Shown: one piece after another, positions 16,617 to 26,439 of the stretch
Layout of the letters: the number at the start of each line of letters is the position of its first letter
How positions within the stretch are numbered: the stretch's first letter is position 1
Origin: an uncultured Dehalococcoidia bacterium
GTDB lineage: Bacteria; Chloroflexota; Dehalococcoidia; Lucifugimonadales; Australimonadaceae
Length of the DNA: 64,000 nucleotides
Direction: 5' to 3'
NCBI GenBank assembly: GCA_964560025.1
Contig: CAZLKC010000002.1
Coordinates: forward strand, 109,443 to 173,442
The notes under the pieces: generated by a model
The model's database searches: none
What the model was told of the DNA's origin: nothing
The model's input: the letters and a program-made list of their open reading frames with translations, nothing else
Program-made: the position numbers and the translations under genes

Positions 16617-17948
16617 TTACGGCGTAGTTGACGCGAACAGCGGCGTGTGGTCGTGCCAGTCCAGCAACTCGACCACGACCTCGCCGCCCGCCGCGACTTC
16701 GCTCACGTCCTCCGGGCAGATGGCGAGGCCGTGGGCGGCGACCATAGAAGTTAGCAGGTTCGAGCCTTGCGCGCCCGCCAGCCGCGCGTGGATGCGTTCG
16801 TTGCGGCGTGACAGGGTAACGCGAGCGTAGACGCGGCGCCCGTCGAAGTTCACGATGGCGTCGTCCGCCACTGCCTTCACGCGGGGCAACGGCGCGGGTT
16901 CGCGCCCCATCATATTGGCGACGGCCGGACGCGCGAACTGCGCCAGCGCCACCAGCGCGCTCACCGGATTGCCGGGCAGCCCCAGGTGGGGCACGCTTCG
17001 CCCGCCGGGGGCGCGCAGCAGGCCGAAGGCGAGCGGGCGCGACGGGCGCATCCGCACCGACCAGAAGTCGATGCTCCCGAACTCGGCCAGCGCGTCCTTC
17101 ACGATGTCGAACGCCCCGGCGCTGACGCCCGCCGAGGTGACCAGCATGTCCGCGTCCAGCCCGGCGCGCAGGCGCTCGCGCAGCGCGTCCATATCGTCGC
17201 CCGCGACGCCCAGCAGCACCGGCTCCGCACCCCATTGCTTCAGAGCCGCCGCCGCGCCGTAGGTGTTGCTGTCATAGAGATGGCCGGGTTGGAGCGGCTC
17301 GCCGGGCGCTTGCACCTCGTCGCCCGTCGCCAGCACCGCCACGCGGGGGCGGCGCACGACGCGGCAGGAGGCGTATCCGAAGGACGCAAGCATGCCGACG
17401 GCGGGCGGGTCGAGAACGCGCCCCTTGGGAAGGACGAGCGACCCGGCGGCCGCGTCCTCTCCCGCCGGGCGCACGTGGTCGCCGGGCGCGGCGGCGTGCC
17501 GCGCCTCCACTACGCTGGGATGCGGCTGTCCGGCGTGGCGCAAGTCAGCCTCGTTGGTTAACTCCCAAGGCACGATGGCGTCCGCGCCCTGCGGCACGGG
17601 CGCGCCCGTCATGATGCGCACCGCCTCGCCCGGCCCGACGGGGACCGTAGGCAGGCCTCCCGCCTGTAGTTGGCCGACGACGCGCAGCATGGCGGGAGAG
17701 GAGACGCTCGCGCCTGACGTGTCCGCCGAGCAGACGGCGTAGCCATCCATCGCCGAGTTGGCCATCGCAGGGACGTCGAAGGGCGCGCGCACGTCCGCAG
17801 CGAGCGTTTGCCCTACGGCGTTCAGGATAGGCGCGTCCTCGGCGGGCAGTTCGTGAACGAGGGCGAGGACGCGCGCCAGCGCCTCCTCCACGCTGAGCAT
17901 GTCGGGCTGGCGGGGATGGATGTGCCGGTTGGCGTGCGTATCAGCCAC
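16617..17948 (-). CDS. moeA: Molybdopterin molybdotransferase MoeA
   Basis: MoeA motifs (NSAMDGYAV, GLPGNPVSALV). The start may instead be ATG 17900 (MLSVEEAL). 17948 would overlap pheT by 8 nt. Confidence 0.88.
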   Translation of the reverse strand: MADTHANRHIHPRQPDMLSVEEALARVLALVHELPAEDAPILNAVGQTLAADVRAPFDVPAMANSAMDGYAVCSADTSGASVSSPAMLRVVGQLQAGGLPTVPVGPGEAVRIMTGAPVPQGADAIVPWELTNEADLRHAGQPHPSVVEARHAAAPGDHVRPAGEDAAAGSLVLPKGRVLDPPAVGMLASFGYASCRVVRRPRVAVLATGDEVQAPGEPLQPGHLYDSNTYGAAAALKQWGAEPVLLGVAGDDMDALRERLRAGLDADMLVTSAGVSAGAFDIVKDALAEFGSIDFWSVRMRPSRPLAFGLLRAPGGRSVPHLGLPGNPVSALVALAQFARPAVANMMGREPAPLPRVKAVADDAIVNFDGRRVYARVTLSRRNERIHARLAGAQGSNLLTSMVAAHGLAICPEDVSEVAAGGEVVVELLDWHDHTPLFASTTP

Positions 17949-20313
17949 GGAGGGTTGCGCCTGCGCGGGCGGCCAGTTGTTGGGTGATGGCCGCCATAGC
18001 GTCGTTGATCTCGTCGGGGCCTAGCGTTCGTTCGTTCGATTGGAGTTCGACGCGGAAGGCGAGCGACTTCTTCCCCGGCGCCAGCGTTCCGCCCTCGAAT
18101 GCATCGAACAGGCTTGCGCGGCTCACCAACGGATGCTCGGCGATGATGGCGTGCAGCTCCGCCGCCGGCGTGGCGCGGTCGACGACCAGCGCGAGGTCGC
18201 GGTCGGCGGCGGGGTAGCGCGAGAAAGGGCGGAAGGCGTGACGGAGCCATGGCGTTCGTTGCGCCAACGCCCTGATGTCCAACTCGCCGAAGGCCACCGT
18301 CTGCCCTGCCATGTCGTAGACCTCCGCCTCGCGCGGATGCAGTTCGCCGATCACGCCCACGGGCGCGCCGTCGAGCAGGATGGACGCGGCGCGGCCGGGA
18401 TGCAGGAGCGGGTCGGCGCAAGCCTCGAAGGCGGGCGTCAGCCCTAGGTTGGCCAGCAGCGATTGGACGATGCCCTTGGCGTAGTAGAAGTCGCGGGGCG
18501 CTAGGGCGCCGTCCCACAGCGCGCCGCCGCGCGCCTGGGCAGCGGTGAACACCGCCGTCTCCCGCTCGTCGGGCAGGTCATTCCCGCGCGGGAGGTAGAC
18601 CTTGCCGACCTCGAAGAGGCCGAGCGCGCCGTTGGCGTGGCGCAGCCCTGCGGAGAGCGCGCGCAGGACGCCGGGCCGCATGCTCGTCCGTAGGGCCTCC
18701 TGTTCGCGGCTCATCGGATTCAGCACGCGCAGCGCGGGCGCACCCGCCGGCGCCGCGGTCAGGCTCGGCGAGATGGTCTCGTGGAGACCGGCGGCGGCAA
18801 GCAGGTCGCGCGCCTCTTCGCGCACGTCGCGCTCCGTCTGCGGCGGATGGCTCGGCACGCGCCCGCCGAGAGGGATGGCGGGCACGGCGTCGTAGCCCAC
18901 GATGCGCGCCACCTCTTCGATGAGGTCTTCCTCGATGGCGACATCCGTGCGCCAGTAGGGCGCGGTTACGCTGAAGACGCCGGGAGCCTGCCGCTCCGCC
19001 TCAAACCCCAACGACGCCAACGCCTCGGCGATTGTCTCGTCGCTGATCTCCATCCCGAGTAGGCCGCTCAGCTTGGCGCTGGCGAGGGGCGCCGTCCGAG
19101 GCGCGGCGCGCCCCGGATAGGCGTCCGCGATTCCTGCGTCGGGAACGCCGCCCGCCGCTTGCGCGATGAGCGCCGTCGCCCTGCGCAGTGCCCGTTCCGC
19201 CAGGTCGGGGTGCAGACCTTTCTCGAAGCGGGTGGATGCCTCTGTCCGGACGCGCAGCGCCGCCGCCGTGCGCCGCGTGTTGATGGCGTTGAAGGTCGCA
19301 GATTCCAACAGGATGTCCGTCGTTGCGTCCGACACCTCGCTGTTGGCGCCGCCCATCACCCCGGCGAGGGCGACGGCGCGCTCTGGGTCGGCGATGACCA
19401 GCATCGGCGGCGCCAACTCGCGCTCAACGCCGTCTAGGGTCGCGAGTCGCTCGCCGGGCGCGGCCTGCCGCACGACGATGGTCTGCCGCCGCACGCGGGC
19501 GAGGTCGAAGGCGTGGAGCGGTTGGCCATACTCCAACATCACGTAGTTGGTTACGTCCACTACGTTGTTGATGGGGCGCTGCCCTGCCGCCTCCAAGCGT
19601 TGCCGCAGCCATGCCGGGGACGGCGCGATACGCACGCCGCGAATCACGGTCGCCGTGTAGCGCGCGCATAACTCCGCGTCCCGTATCTCAACCCTGACCG
19701 GATTCGGCGTAGGGGCCTCGTCGTAGGCGATGGAGGGCTCCGTAACCCGCTCGCCGCTTCCGGCGGCAATTTCCCGCGCCACGCCCAGCATAGAGAGGCA
19801 GTCGCCCCGGTTGGCCGTTACCTCCACCTCGAAAGTGTCCCCGGCGGCGATGCAATCGGCCAGCGCTGCGCCGATGGGCGCGTCGTCCGGCAGAACGAGG
19901 ATGCCCTCGTGGTCGTCGCTCAGCCCCAACTCGCGCTCGGAGCACACCATGCCCTCCGAGCGCACGCCGCGGATGGTGGCGGCGGCGAGGGTCATGCGCT
20001 CGCCCGTGTGACCGTTGACCAGCTCAGCGCCCACGCTGGCGAAGGCGATGCGCTGGCCGACGGCGACGTTCGGCGCGCCGCAGACGACCTGCTTGGCGTC
20101 GGCGCCTATGTCCACAGTGGCGAGGCGCAATCGGTCGGCGTTGGGGTGCGGTTCGAGCTCCACGACGCGCCCCACGACGACGCCGTCCCAGCCTGACGCG
20201 GGGCCGGGCAGGTAGGCCGTCTCGATGCCCTGCATCGTCAGGCGGTGAGCAATCTCATCGGGCGAGCCGCGCAACGGCGCGTACTCTGCAAGCCACGAAA
20301 GGGGCGCTTTCAT
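17941..20313 (-). CDS. pheT: Phenylalanine--tRNA ligase beta subunit
   Basis: 790 aa. N-terminal tRNA-binding OB (MKAPLSWL...HPNADRL), then B3/4, B5 and FDX-ACB regions, recognisable throughout. Confidence 0.92.
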   Translation of the reverse strand: MKAPLSWLAEYAPLRGSPDEIAHRLTMQGIETAYLPGPASGWDGVVVGRVVELEPHPNADRLRLATVDIGADAKQVVCGAPNVAVGQRIAFASVGAELVNGHTGERMTLAAATIRGVRSEGMVCSERELGLSDDHEGILVLPDDAPIGAALADCIAAGDTFEVEVTANRGDCLSMLGVAREIAAGSGERVTEPSIAYDEAPTPNPVRVEIRDAELCARYTATVIRGVRIAPSPAWLRQRLEAAGQRPINNVVDVTNYVMLEYGQPLHAFDLARVRRQTIVVRQAAPGERLATLDGVERELAPPMLVIADPERAVALAGVMGGANSEVSDATTDILLESATFNAINTRRTAAALRVRTEASTRFEKGLHPDLAERALRRATALIAQAAGGVPDAGIADAYPGRAAPRTAPLASAKLSGLLGMEISDETIAEALASLGFEAERQAPGVFSVTAPYWRTDVAIEEDLIEEVARIVGYDAVPAIPLGGRVPSHPPQTERDVREEARDLLAAAGLHETISPSLTAAPAGAPALRVLNPMSREQEALRTSMRPGVLRALSAGLRHANGALGLFEVGKVYLPRGNDLPDERETAVFTAAQARGGALWDGALAPRDFYYAKGIVQSLLANLGLTPAFEACADPLLHPGRAASILLDGAPVGVIGELHPREAEVYDMAGQTVAFGELDIRALAQRTPWLRHAFRPFSRYPAADRDLALVVDRATPAAELHAIIAEHPLVSRASLFDAFEGGTLAPGKKSLAFRVELQSNERTLGPDEINDAMAAITQQLAARAGATLRG

Positions 20314-20368
20314 GCGGCGGCGGGCTGCTCCGTCCAGGCGCTGCGAGAGCGCCGTTCCCTAAAGGCGC

Positions 20369-20397
20369 AGTATACCTGCGGCGCGTGCGCTCGTCAT
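20369..20397 (-). promoter_or_regulatory. Candidate promoter for pheT (ATGACG-N17-TATACT on the minus strand)
   Basis: Complement of 20392-20397 and of 20369-20374, about 55 nt upstream of the pheT ATG. Confidence 0.3.
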
Positions 20398-20422
20398 TGG
20401 GAGAGGCTCGGCGCCCTGCGGC

Positions 20423-21415
20423 TCACGACAGCGTGAACACCCACAGCATCGCCGCCGGGTAGGCGACGGCGATGGCCGGCACCAGGACGCGGGCAGGGCT
20501 CTTCGGCGCGGAGCGCATCGCGTAGAGCACGACCACGCCCGCCGCCATCAGCACCACCGCAGAGGTGAGTGCAGCCGTGTGCTCGCTTCCCATCAAGCCC
20601 AGCAGGGGCTCCGCGTTGGCCAGGTCTGCGTAGAAGAGCACCGATAGGTTGAAGGCGCACGAACCGTACAGGTTGCCGAGCACCAGACCGGGCGAATTGC
20701 GCAGCGCCGCCGTAACCGACACGGTCGCTTCCGGCAGCGTCGTTACGATGGACACCAACAAGATGCCGATGAAGCTGGCCGCCAACCCCGTCGCGTCGGC
20801 GATGCCGTCGGCGCTGGCGGCCAGGAAGGGCGCGGCGGCGATGACGGCCAGCGACGCAATGCCGAACCCGATCCACGCGCGGCGCGCTGAGCGCGTCGCG
20901 TCGTCCGCCTCCTGCTCCTCGCCGCCCGGTTCAGGCTGTCCCTGCCCCGCCTTGTAGACCGCGCGCATCGCGCCGACGTAGGCGGCGAGCACTACCAACC
21001 CGCTGATGCTGGACGGCCCCAGCTCTGCGTCGCCCAGCAGGCTCAGCGCGAGGAGAAGAAGGCCGATCAGCACTGTGCTGAGGGCTAGCACTTGGGTTTG
21101 GCGCGGCTGATGCGCGAAGAGCCTAGGAACGCCGAAGGCCAGCGCCACTAGCGACAGCGTGAACATATTGATCATGTTCGCGCCGAAGATGTTGCCTAGC
21201 GCCAACGACGGTGTGCCGATGATGACGGCGGAGAGGTTGGTGATGAGCTCGGGGAGCGAGGTGGAGATGCTCACCAGGATCGCGCCCACCCACAGCCGTC
21301 CCCAGCCCGTATTGTCGGCGATCGCGTCGCCATTGGTGGCGAGGCCGACGCCTCCCAGCACCACCACGGCGGCGCTGACGAAGAAGACGGGCAATGCGAT
21401 GACGAGGCTGTCCAT
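20423..21415 (-). CDS. Sodium/calcium exchanger (CaCA) family membrane protein
   Basis: Two alpha-repeat motifs (STSLPELITN and VTTLPEATVS). Start at ATG 21415 (MDSLVIAL). The remainder of ORF 20423-22900 is antisense to fba. Confidence 0.85.
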   Translation of the reverse strand: MDSLVIALPVFFVSAAVVVLGGVGLATNGDAIADNTGWGRLWVGAILVSISTSLPELITNLSAVIIGTPSLALGNIFGANMINMFTLSLVALAFGVPRLFAHQPRQTQVLALSTVLIGLLLLALSLLGDAELGPSSISGLVVLAAYVGAMRAVYKAGQGQPEPGGEEQEADDATRSARRAWIGFGIASLAVIAAAPFLAASADGIADATGLAASFIGILLVSIVTTLPEATVSVTAALRNSPGLVLGNLYGSCAFNLSVLFYADLANAEPLLGLMGSEHTAALTSAVVLMAAGVVVLYAMRSAPKSPARVLVPAIAVAYPAAMLWVFTLS

Positions 21416-21529
21416 AGGCGCGGTGAGGGATGCGCCCGCGCCGCCCGGCGGCGAGCCTCGCCGATGCAGCGGCGCAGGGGCAGCGCTATTATAGGAGCGT
21501 TCACACTCCGGCGCAGAGGAGAGCACGCT

Positions 21530-22558
21530 ATGGCCATCGACATTGACGCATTGCATCAGACGGCGCGGGCGCTGGTCGCTCCGGCCAAGGGCATCCTGGC
21601 CGCCGACGAGAGCAGTTCCACCATCAAGCGCCGCTTCGACGCCATCGGCGTGGAGAGCACCGAGCAGAACCGCCGCGACTACCGCGAGCTGCTGTTCCGC
21701 GCTCACGGCGCCGCCGACTACGTGAGCGGCGTCATCCTCTACGACGAGACCATCCGCCAGGACGCCGCCGACGGGACGCCCATGGTCAAGGTGCTGCAAG
21801 GCCAGGGCGTCATCCCGGGGATCAAGGTGGACACCGGCGCCATGCCCCTCGCCGGGGCCGAGGGAGAGACAGTAACGGAGGGGCTGGACGGCCTGCGCGA
21901 GCGCCTGGCGGAGTACCGCGAGTTGGGCGCGCGCTTCGCCAAGTGGCGCGCCACCATATTCATCGGCGACGGGCTGCCGACGGACTATGCCATCGGCGTG
22001 AACGCCCACGCGCTCGCGCGCTACGCCGCCCTCTGTCAGGAGGCGGGCATCGTTCCCATCGTGGAGCCGGAGGTGCTGATGGACGGCGCGCACTCCATCG
22101 AGGCGTGCTACGACGCGACGACACGCACGCTGCGCGAGGTCTACTGCTGCCTGGCCGAGCAGCGCGTCGCGCTGGAAGGCACGCTGCTCAAGCCCAACAT
22201 GGTGCTCTCCGGCAAGGACGCCGCCGACCGCGCGCCCGCAGAGGAGGTGGCCCGCCAAACCGTTGCCTGCTTCAAACACACTGTTCCCGCCGCCGTGCCG
22301 GGCATCGTCTTCCTCTCCGGCGGCCAAGGGGACGAGGAGGCGACGGTGAACCTCGACGCTATCAACCGCCTGGCCCAGGCGGAAGGGGCGCCGTGGGAGC
22401 TCTCCTACTCCTACGGACGCGGCCTGCAAGCCGCGCCGCAGAAGGCGTGGGCGGGCAAGGCGGAGAACGTCGTCGCCGCCCAAGCCGCTTACCTCGAGCG
22501 CTGCCGAGCCACCTCCGCCGCCCGCCAGGGGCAGTACGCCCCGGTGGCGGCGAGGTAG
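21530..22558 (+). CDS. fba: Class I fructose-bisphosphate aldolase
   Basis: GILAADES, LLKPNMV (Schiff-base Lys region), FLSGGQ. ATG 21530 is preceded by GAGGAG. Confidence 0.9.
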   Translation: MAIDIDALHQTARALVAPAKGILAADESSSTIKRRFDAIGVESTEQNRRDYRELLFRAHGAADYVSGVILYDETIRQDAADGTPMVKVLQGQGVIPGIKVDTGAMPLAGAEGETVTEGLDGLRERLAEYRELGARFAKWRATIFIGDGLPTDYAIGVNAHALARYAALCQEAGIVPIVEPEVLMDGAHSIEACYDATTRTLREVYCCLAEQRVALEGTLLKPNMVLSGKDAADRAPAEEVARQTVACFKHTVPAAVPGIVFLSGGQGDEEATVNLDAINRLAQAEGAPWELSYSYGRGLQAAPQKAWAGKAENVVAAQAAYLERCRATSAARQGQYAPVAAR

Positions 22559-22946
22559 GGGAGGGACAGCCCCCCGCCCGCGTCTCCGGACTTTGCCGGA
22601 GGGATCGATTATGAAGAGCCGAACGCGGCGCACAACGGGCTTGGTCGAGCGCAATCGCGGGGTAGCCCCGGCTGGATTCGAGGCGCTCCTGCCCAGGCTG
22701 GCTGAGTCGCTGCCTAAGCCTGCGCCGCCGGCTCTGAGTTCGTGCAGATACCGGAAGAGGCTGCGGCTCGCAGGGCGCGTCTGGCCGAGGCTTTGACTAT
22801 GCTGCGCGGCGGCGCCCTCACCCACGAGGAAGCCCTGGCTGCGTTGGAGGACGCCGCCCATGTCATCCTGGGCAACTGGATGAACTACGGCGTAGACCAC
22901 GGAACAGGGAAGGCGCTCGTGCGAGAGGCCTTGGGCAGGCCGCTAG

Positions 22947-23213
22947 GCTCCTTCAAGGCCAAGACGGCTGTTCCCCACCGCCGAAGGCGAACCTGCCCAT
23001 CGCGCGTTCATCCTGCGCGGCGTCTCCTTGCATCTGGACGGCGCATGCCGCTTGGTGTCCATCGGCATCGAGCCAAGGAGGCTCCGCGAGCGGGCCAAGC
23101 TGATGTCCTTCGTGGGCAAGCACCGCGACGCCAAAACGGATGTCTCCGTGCGCCACGACTACTGCCTAGAGCGGCAGGACCCGCATGGCAGAGACAGACC
23201 GCATCGCCGTTGA
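22947..23213 (+). pseudogene. Possible remnant of a VapB-type antitoxin
   Basis: C-terminal string FVGKHRDAKTDVSVRHDYCLE resembles the AbrB-type VapB tail (S..HD.YL). No credible N-terminus or start codon. Overlaps the PIN gene start. Confidence 0.25.
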
Positions 23214-23604
23214 CACCTCGGCGTTCTACGCCATAGCGGTCGACACCGACCTCTTCCACCCGCAAGCAAGAGCCTTCTACACGAGCGTAAGCGACACGCT
23301 CCAAGAGATTTGAACTACCTCCTATGCGCTGGTGGAGAGGCGTTTGGGATTCGGCACCGTAGAGGAGTTCTCTCAATGGTTTGAGGCCAATGAGGTGCAA
23401 ATCCTCTGGATCGACGCGGTCTCGCACAATGAAATCTGGTGATGGTACCTCGCGCAGCCCGCCAGTCCGCTCAACTTCATTGACTGGACGACAGCGGTCG
23501 CATGCCTTCACCTGAACGTGGCTATCTTCACCTTTGACTGCGCCTTCGCCCAAGTGGGGTTGACCGGTGGCGACAGAGTAGAGGCCGCTGCCCTCCCTAC
23601 TTGA
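23185..23604 (+). pseudogene. PIN-domain (VapC-like) toxin gene interrupted by two in-frame TGA codons
   Basis: IAVDTSAFYAI, TTSYALVE, NFIDW and IFTFD supply the four PIN acidic positions in one frame. Stops at 23311-23313 and 23440-23442. Locally lower GC. Confidence 0.6.
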
Positions 23605-24604
23605 ATCGCACCTTGTCCAGGCGGGTGAAGTCGTGGACGGACTCGATCCAGCGGAGAGTGCCGGAGCGCGAGCGCATGACCAGCGATTGCGTCGTCGCGC
23701 CGTTGGGGGTGAAGCGCACGCCGTCCAGCACCTCGCCCGTGCTCGCGCCCGTAGCGGCGAAGAAGACGTCTTCGCCCCCCACTAATTCGTTCGTGTCGTA
23801 GACGCGGGCAAGGTCCACGCCTGCGTCGGCTAATTGCTCGCGCTCCTCGTCCGTTCGCGGCCAAGCGCGGCAGAGGATGGCGCCGCCGGTGCATCGGATG
23901 GCGGCGGCGGTGATGACGCCCTCCGGCGCGCCGCCTATGCCCATCAGCACGTCCACGCTGGTGTTGGGCAGCGTCGCCTGGATGCCCGCGATGACGTCGC
24001 CGTCGGAGATGAGCTTGATGCGGGCGCCCGCTGCGCGTATCCGCTCGATGAGGTCCTGGTGGCGCGAGCGGTCGAGCACGATGACGGTCACCTCGGAGAT
24101 CTTACGGCCTAGGGCGTCGGCGACGGCGTGCAGGTTGTCGGCCACCGGCGCGTCGAGGTCGATGGCGCTTGCCGCCTCGGGGCCGACGGCGATCTTGTCC
24201 ATATAGAACACGCCCTCCGGCACGTGCATCATCCCGCGCCCTGCCATAGCGATGACGGAGATGGCGCCTGGCAGCCCCTTGGACAGCAGCGTCGTGCCGT
24301 CGATGGGGTCTACGGCGATGTCGACGCCGGGGGGCGTGCCGTCGCCGATGCGCTCGCCGTTGTAGAGCATCGGCGCCTCGTCCTTCTCCCCCTCCCCGAT
24401 AACCACCACGCCGTCCATGCTGATGCCGTCGAGGGTGAAGCGCATCGCGTCCACGGCGGCCTGGTCGACGAGCACCTTGTCGCCCATGCCCATGTACTGC
24501 GCGCCGGCCATAGCCCCCGCCTCGGTTACACGCACCAGTTCCATAGCCAGGTTGCGCTCGATGGGCTGCCGGGTGACGCCTGATGGAATGAAGGATTCTG
24601 TCAT
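23597..24604 (-). CDS. glpX: Class II fructose-1,6-bisphosphatase GlpX
   Basis: GlpX motifs (GEGEKDEAPML, DPIDGTT, GIGGAPEGV). ATG 24604 with AGGAGAAGG upstream. The ORF track extends to 25036. Confidence 0.9.
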   Translation of the reverse strand: MTESFIPSGVTRQPIERNLAMELVRVTEAGAMAGAQYMGMGDKVLVDQAAVDAMRFTLDGISMDGVVVIGEGEKDEAPMLYNGERIGDGTPPGVDIAVDPIDGTTLLSKGLPGAISVIAMAGRGMMHVPEGVFYMDKIAVGPEAASAIDLDAPVADNLHAVADALGRKISEVTVIVLDRSRHQDLIERIRAAGARIKLISDGDVIAGIQATLPNTSVDVLMGIGGAPEGVITAAAIRCTGGAILCRAWPRTDEEREQLADAGVDLARVYDTNELVGGEDVFFAATGASTGEVLDGVRFTPNGATTQSLVMRSRSGTLRWIESVHDFTRLDKVRFK

Positions 24605-24641
24605 GCCGCCTTCTCCTGACCGCCTGGGAATGGGCGGCGCG

Positions 24642-24647
24642 ATTATA
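24642..24647 (-). promoter_or_regulatory. TATAAT -10 box for glpX
   Basis: Complement reads TATAAT, 37 nt upstream of the glpX ATG. Confidence 0.35.
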
Positions 24648-24700
24648 GCCGCGCACGATATGCTAGTGTCCCGCCGCAACCCTACGCACCAGGATATCGA

Positions 24701-24922
24701 ATGGACGCCGACCACCGCCAAGCGGTCAACGCCGCCGTGCGCGCCTACGACCAGATGCGCAACGCCGCCTTCCGCCGATTCAACGGCGCCGCCGACCGCG
24801 CCTTGCGGCTGGAAATAGAGGAAGGCCGCGAGGCGCTCGACGCGGCATGGCGCCTCTACGTGGACGAGATGCAAGAGGCGGGCGCCGCCCTCAGCCTCAC
24901 CCTCGAACGCCTGGGTCGCTGA
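24701..24922 (+). CDS. Small helical hypothetical protein (73 aa)
   Basis: ATG ORF with helical, charged composition. No motif recognised. Confidence 0.4.
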   Translation: MDADHRQAVNAAVRAYDQMRNAAFRRFNGAADRALRLEIEEGREALDAAWRLYVDEMQEAGAALSLTLERLGR

Positions 24923-25026
24923 GGGGAGCGCAGGCGCGGTATAGGCGCCCCGTTCGCCCTGATGAGGAGAATCGAAGGGCGAACGGGAAAGGACAGGGAA
25001 GGCGCAAGCGGCGGCGGCGCGGGGCG

Positions 25027-26346
25027 GTGGTAGCATGGCCGCCCTTGAGCCGCTCCCGCCTTCTCCTCGCCCTGCCTCGCCCGAGCCGCGTGTTCCACGG
25101 CTGGTGGGTCGTCGTGGGCACGTGGGCGATGCAGGCGATTCAGGGGTCGCTCTTCTTCCTCTCGTTCGGCGCGTACGCCGATCAGTTGCACGGCCACTTC
25201 GGCTGGAGCCGCACGTCCATCTCAGGGGCGTTCGCCCTGGCGCGTGTGGAGAGCGGCCTGCTGGGGCCGCTGCAAGGATGGTCCGTGGACAAGTTCGGGC
25301 CGATGTTGAACATCCGCGTCGGGGTGGTGCTGTTCGGCGTGGGCTTCATGCTGATGAGCGCGATTCAGAGCCTGTGGCACTTCTACGCCGCCTTCCTGCT
25401 GCTGGCGATTGGCGCGAGCCTGGCGGGGTTCCTGACGCTGAACACCGCCGTGGCCAACTGGTTTGTGCGCAAACGGGCGCGGGCGATGGGGATAGCGCAG
25501 ACGGGTTTGGGCTTCGGCGGCGGCGCGCTGGTGATTTTGGTGGCGTGGATGCTCCAGGCGTTCGGCTGGCGCGCCACGTTCCTCATCGCGGGCGTCGCCA
25601 TCCTCGCCATCGGTCTGCCTTTGTCGTCGCTGTTCGTCCATCGGCCGGAGGACAGAGGGCAGCTGCCCGACGGCGCGGCCAAGGAGGAGCGGGCGTCGGG
25701 CGGCGGCAGCGGAGGCGCGCGGTTGGAGGAGGATGAATTCCTGCTGCGGGAGGCGGTGCGCGACCGCTCATTCTGGTTCATCTCCATCGGCCACGGGGCG
25801 GCGCTGCTGGTGGTGTCGAGCATCCAGGTGCATCTGGTGCTCCACCTGCGCGACCTGGGGTGGAGCCTCACAAGCGCGGCGTCGCTGGTTACGGCGCTGA
25901 CGCTCACCAGCACCTTCGGCCAGTTGGGGGGCGGATTCCTGGGCGACCGCTACTCGAAGCGGATGCTGGCTGCGGCGTGCATGCTGGGGCACGCGCTGGG
26001 GATGCTGGCGCTGGCCTATGCGACGGCGCCGCTCATCATCGTGGCGGCGGCGCTCCTGCACGGTCTGGCGTGGGGGACGCGCGGGCCGCTGATGACGGCG
26101 ATCCGCGCCGACTACTACGGGCGGCGCAACTTCGCCAAGGTGATGGGCGTATCGTCGCTGGTGGTGCAGTTAGGGACGGTGGCGGGGCCGCTGCTGGCAG
26201 GCTTCCTGTTCGACCGAACGGGAAGCTACCAACTGCCGTTCACCATCCTCGGCGCGGCGACGGGCGTGAGCGCGGTGTTCTTCCTGCTGGCGCGTCCGCC
26301 GCGGAGGCGTACCGAGCGCTTCACGCCCGCCGCTCCGCGCGCTTGA
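25027..26346 (+). CDS. MFS transporter
   Basis: 12-TM pattern. The start is uncertain: GTG 25027 is chosen just before the first TM (VFHGWWVVVGTWAM), while the ORF track starts at 24847. Confidence 0.75.
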   Translation: MVAWPPLSRSRLLLALPRPSRVFHGWWVVVGTWAMQAIQGSLFFLSFGAYADQLHGHFGWSRTSISGAFALARVESGLLGPLQGWSVDKFGPMLNIRVGVVLFGVGFMLMSAIQSLWHFYAAFLLLAIGASLAGFLTLNTAVANWFVRKRARAMGIAQTGLGFGGGALVILVAWMLQAFGWRATFLIAGVAILAIGLPLSSLFVHRPEDRGQLPDGAAKEERASGGGSGGARLEEDEFLLREAVRDRSFWFISIGHGAALLVVSSIQVHLVLHLRDLGWSLTSAASLVTALTLTSTFGQLGGGFLGDRYSKRMLAAACMLGHALGMLALAYATAPLIIVAAALLHGLAWGTRGPLMTAIRADYYGRRNFAKVMGVSSLVVQLGTVAGPLLAGFLFDRTGSYQLPFTILGAATGVSAVFFLLARPPRRRTERFTPAAPRA

Positions 26347-26439
26347 CGCGCGGGCGGGGCGCTGCGTATCTTGGCGCACATCCTGGCGCTTGGCGCGTTG
26401 GATGATGGGAGCGCGCAGCGCGCCTGGGGGAGGGTGAAT

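Noticed and set aside
20423-22900. 825-aa ORF on the minus strand spanning the CaCA gene and the antisense of fba.
   Set aside because: Only the C-terminal 330 codons (from ATG 21415) look like a membrane protein. The upstream part is antisense to the aldolase gene and has junk composition.
23311-23442. Selenocysteine or genome-wide TGA recoding as the explanation for the in-frame TGA codons.
   Set aside because: The positions do not align with Cys or redox motifs, and no SECIS-like hairpin follows them. Intact genes in the window terminate normally, so pseudogenisation is more parsimonious.
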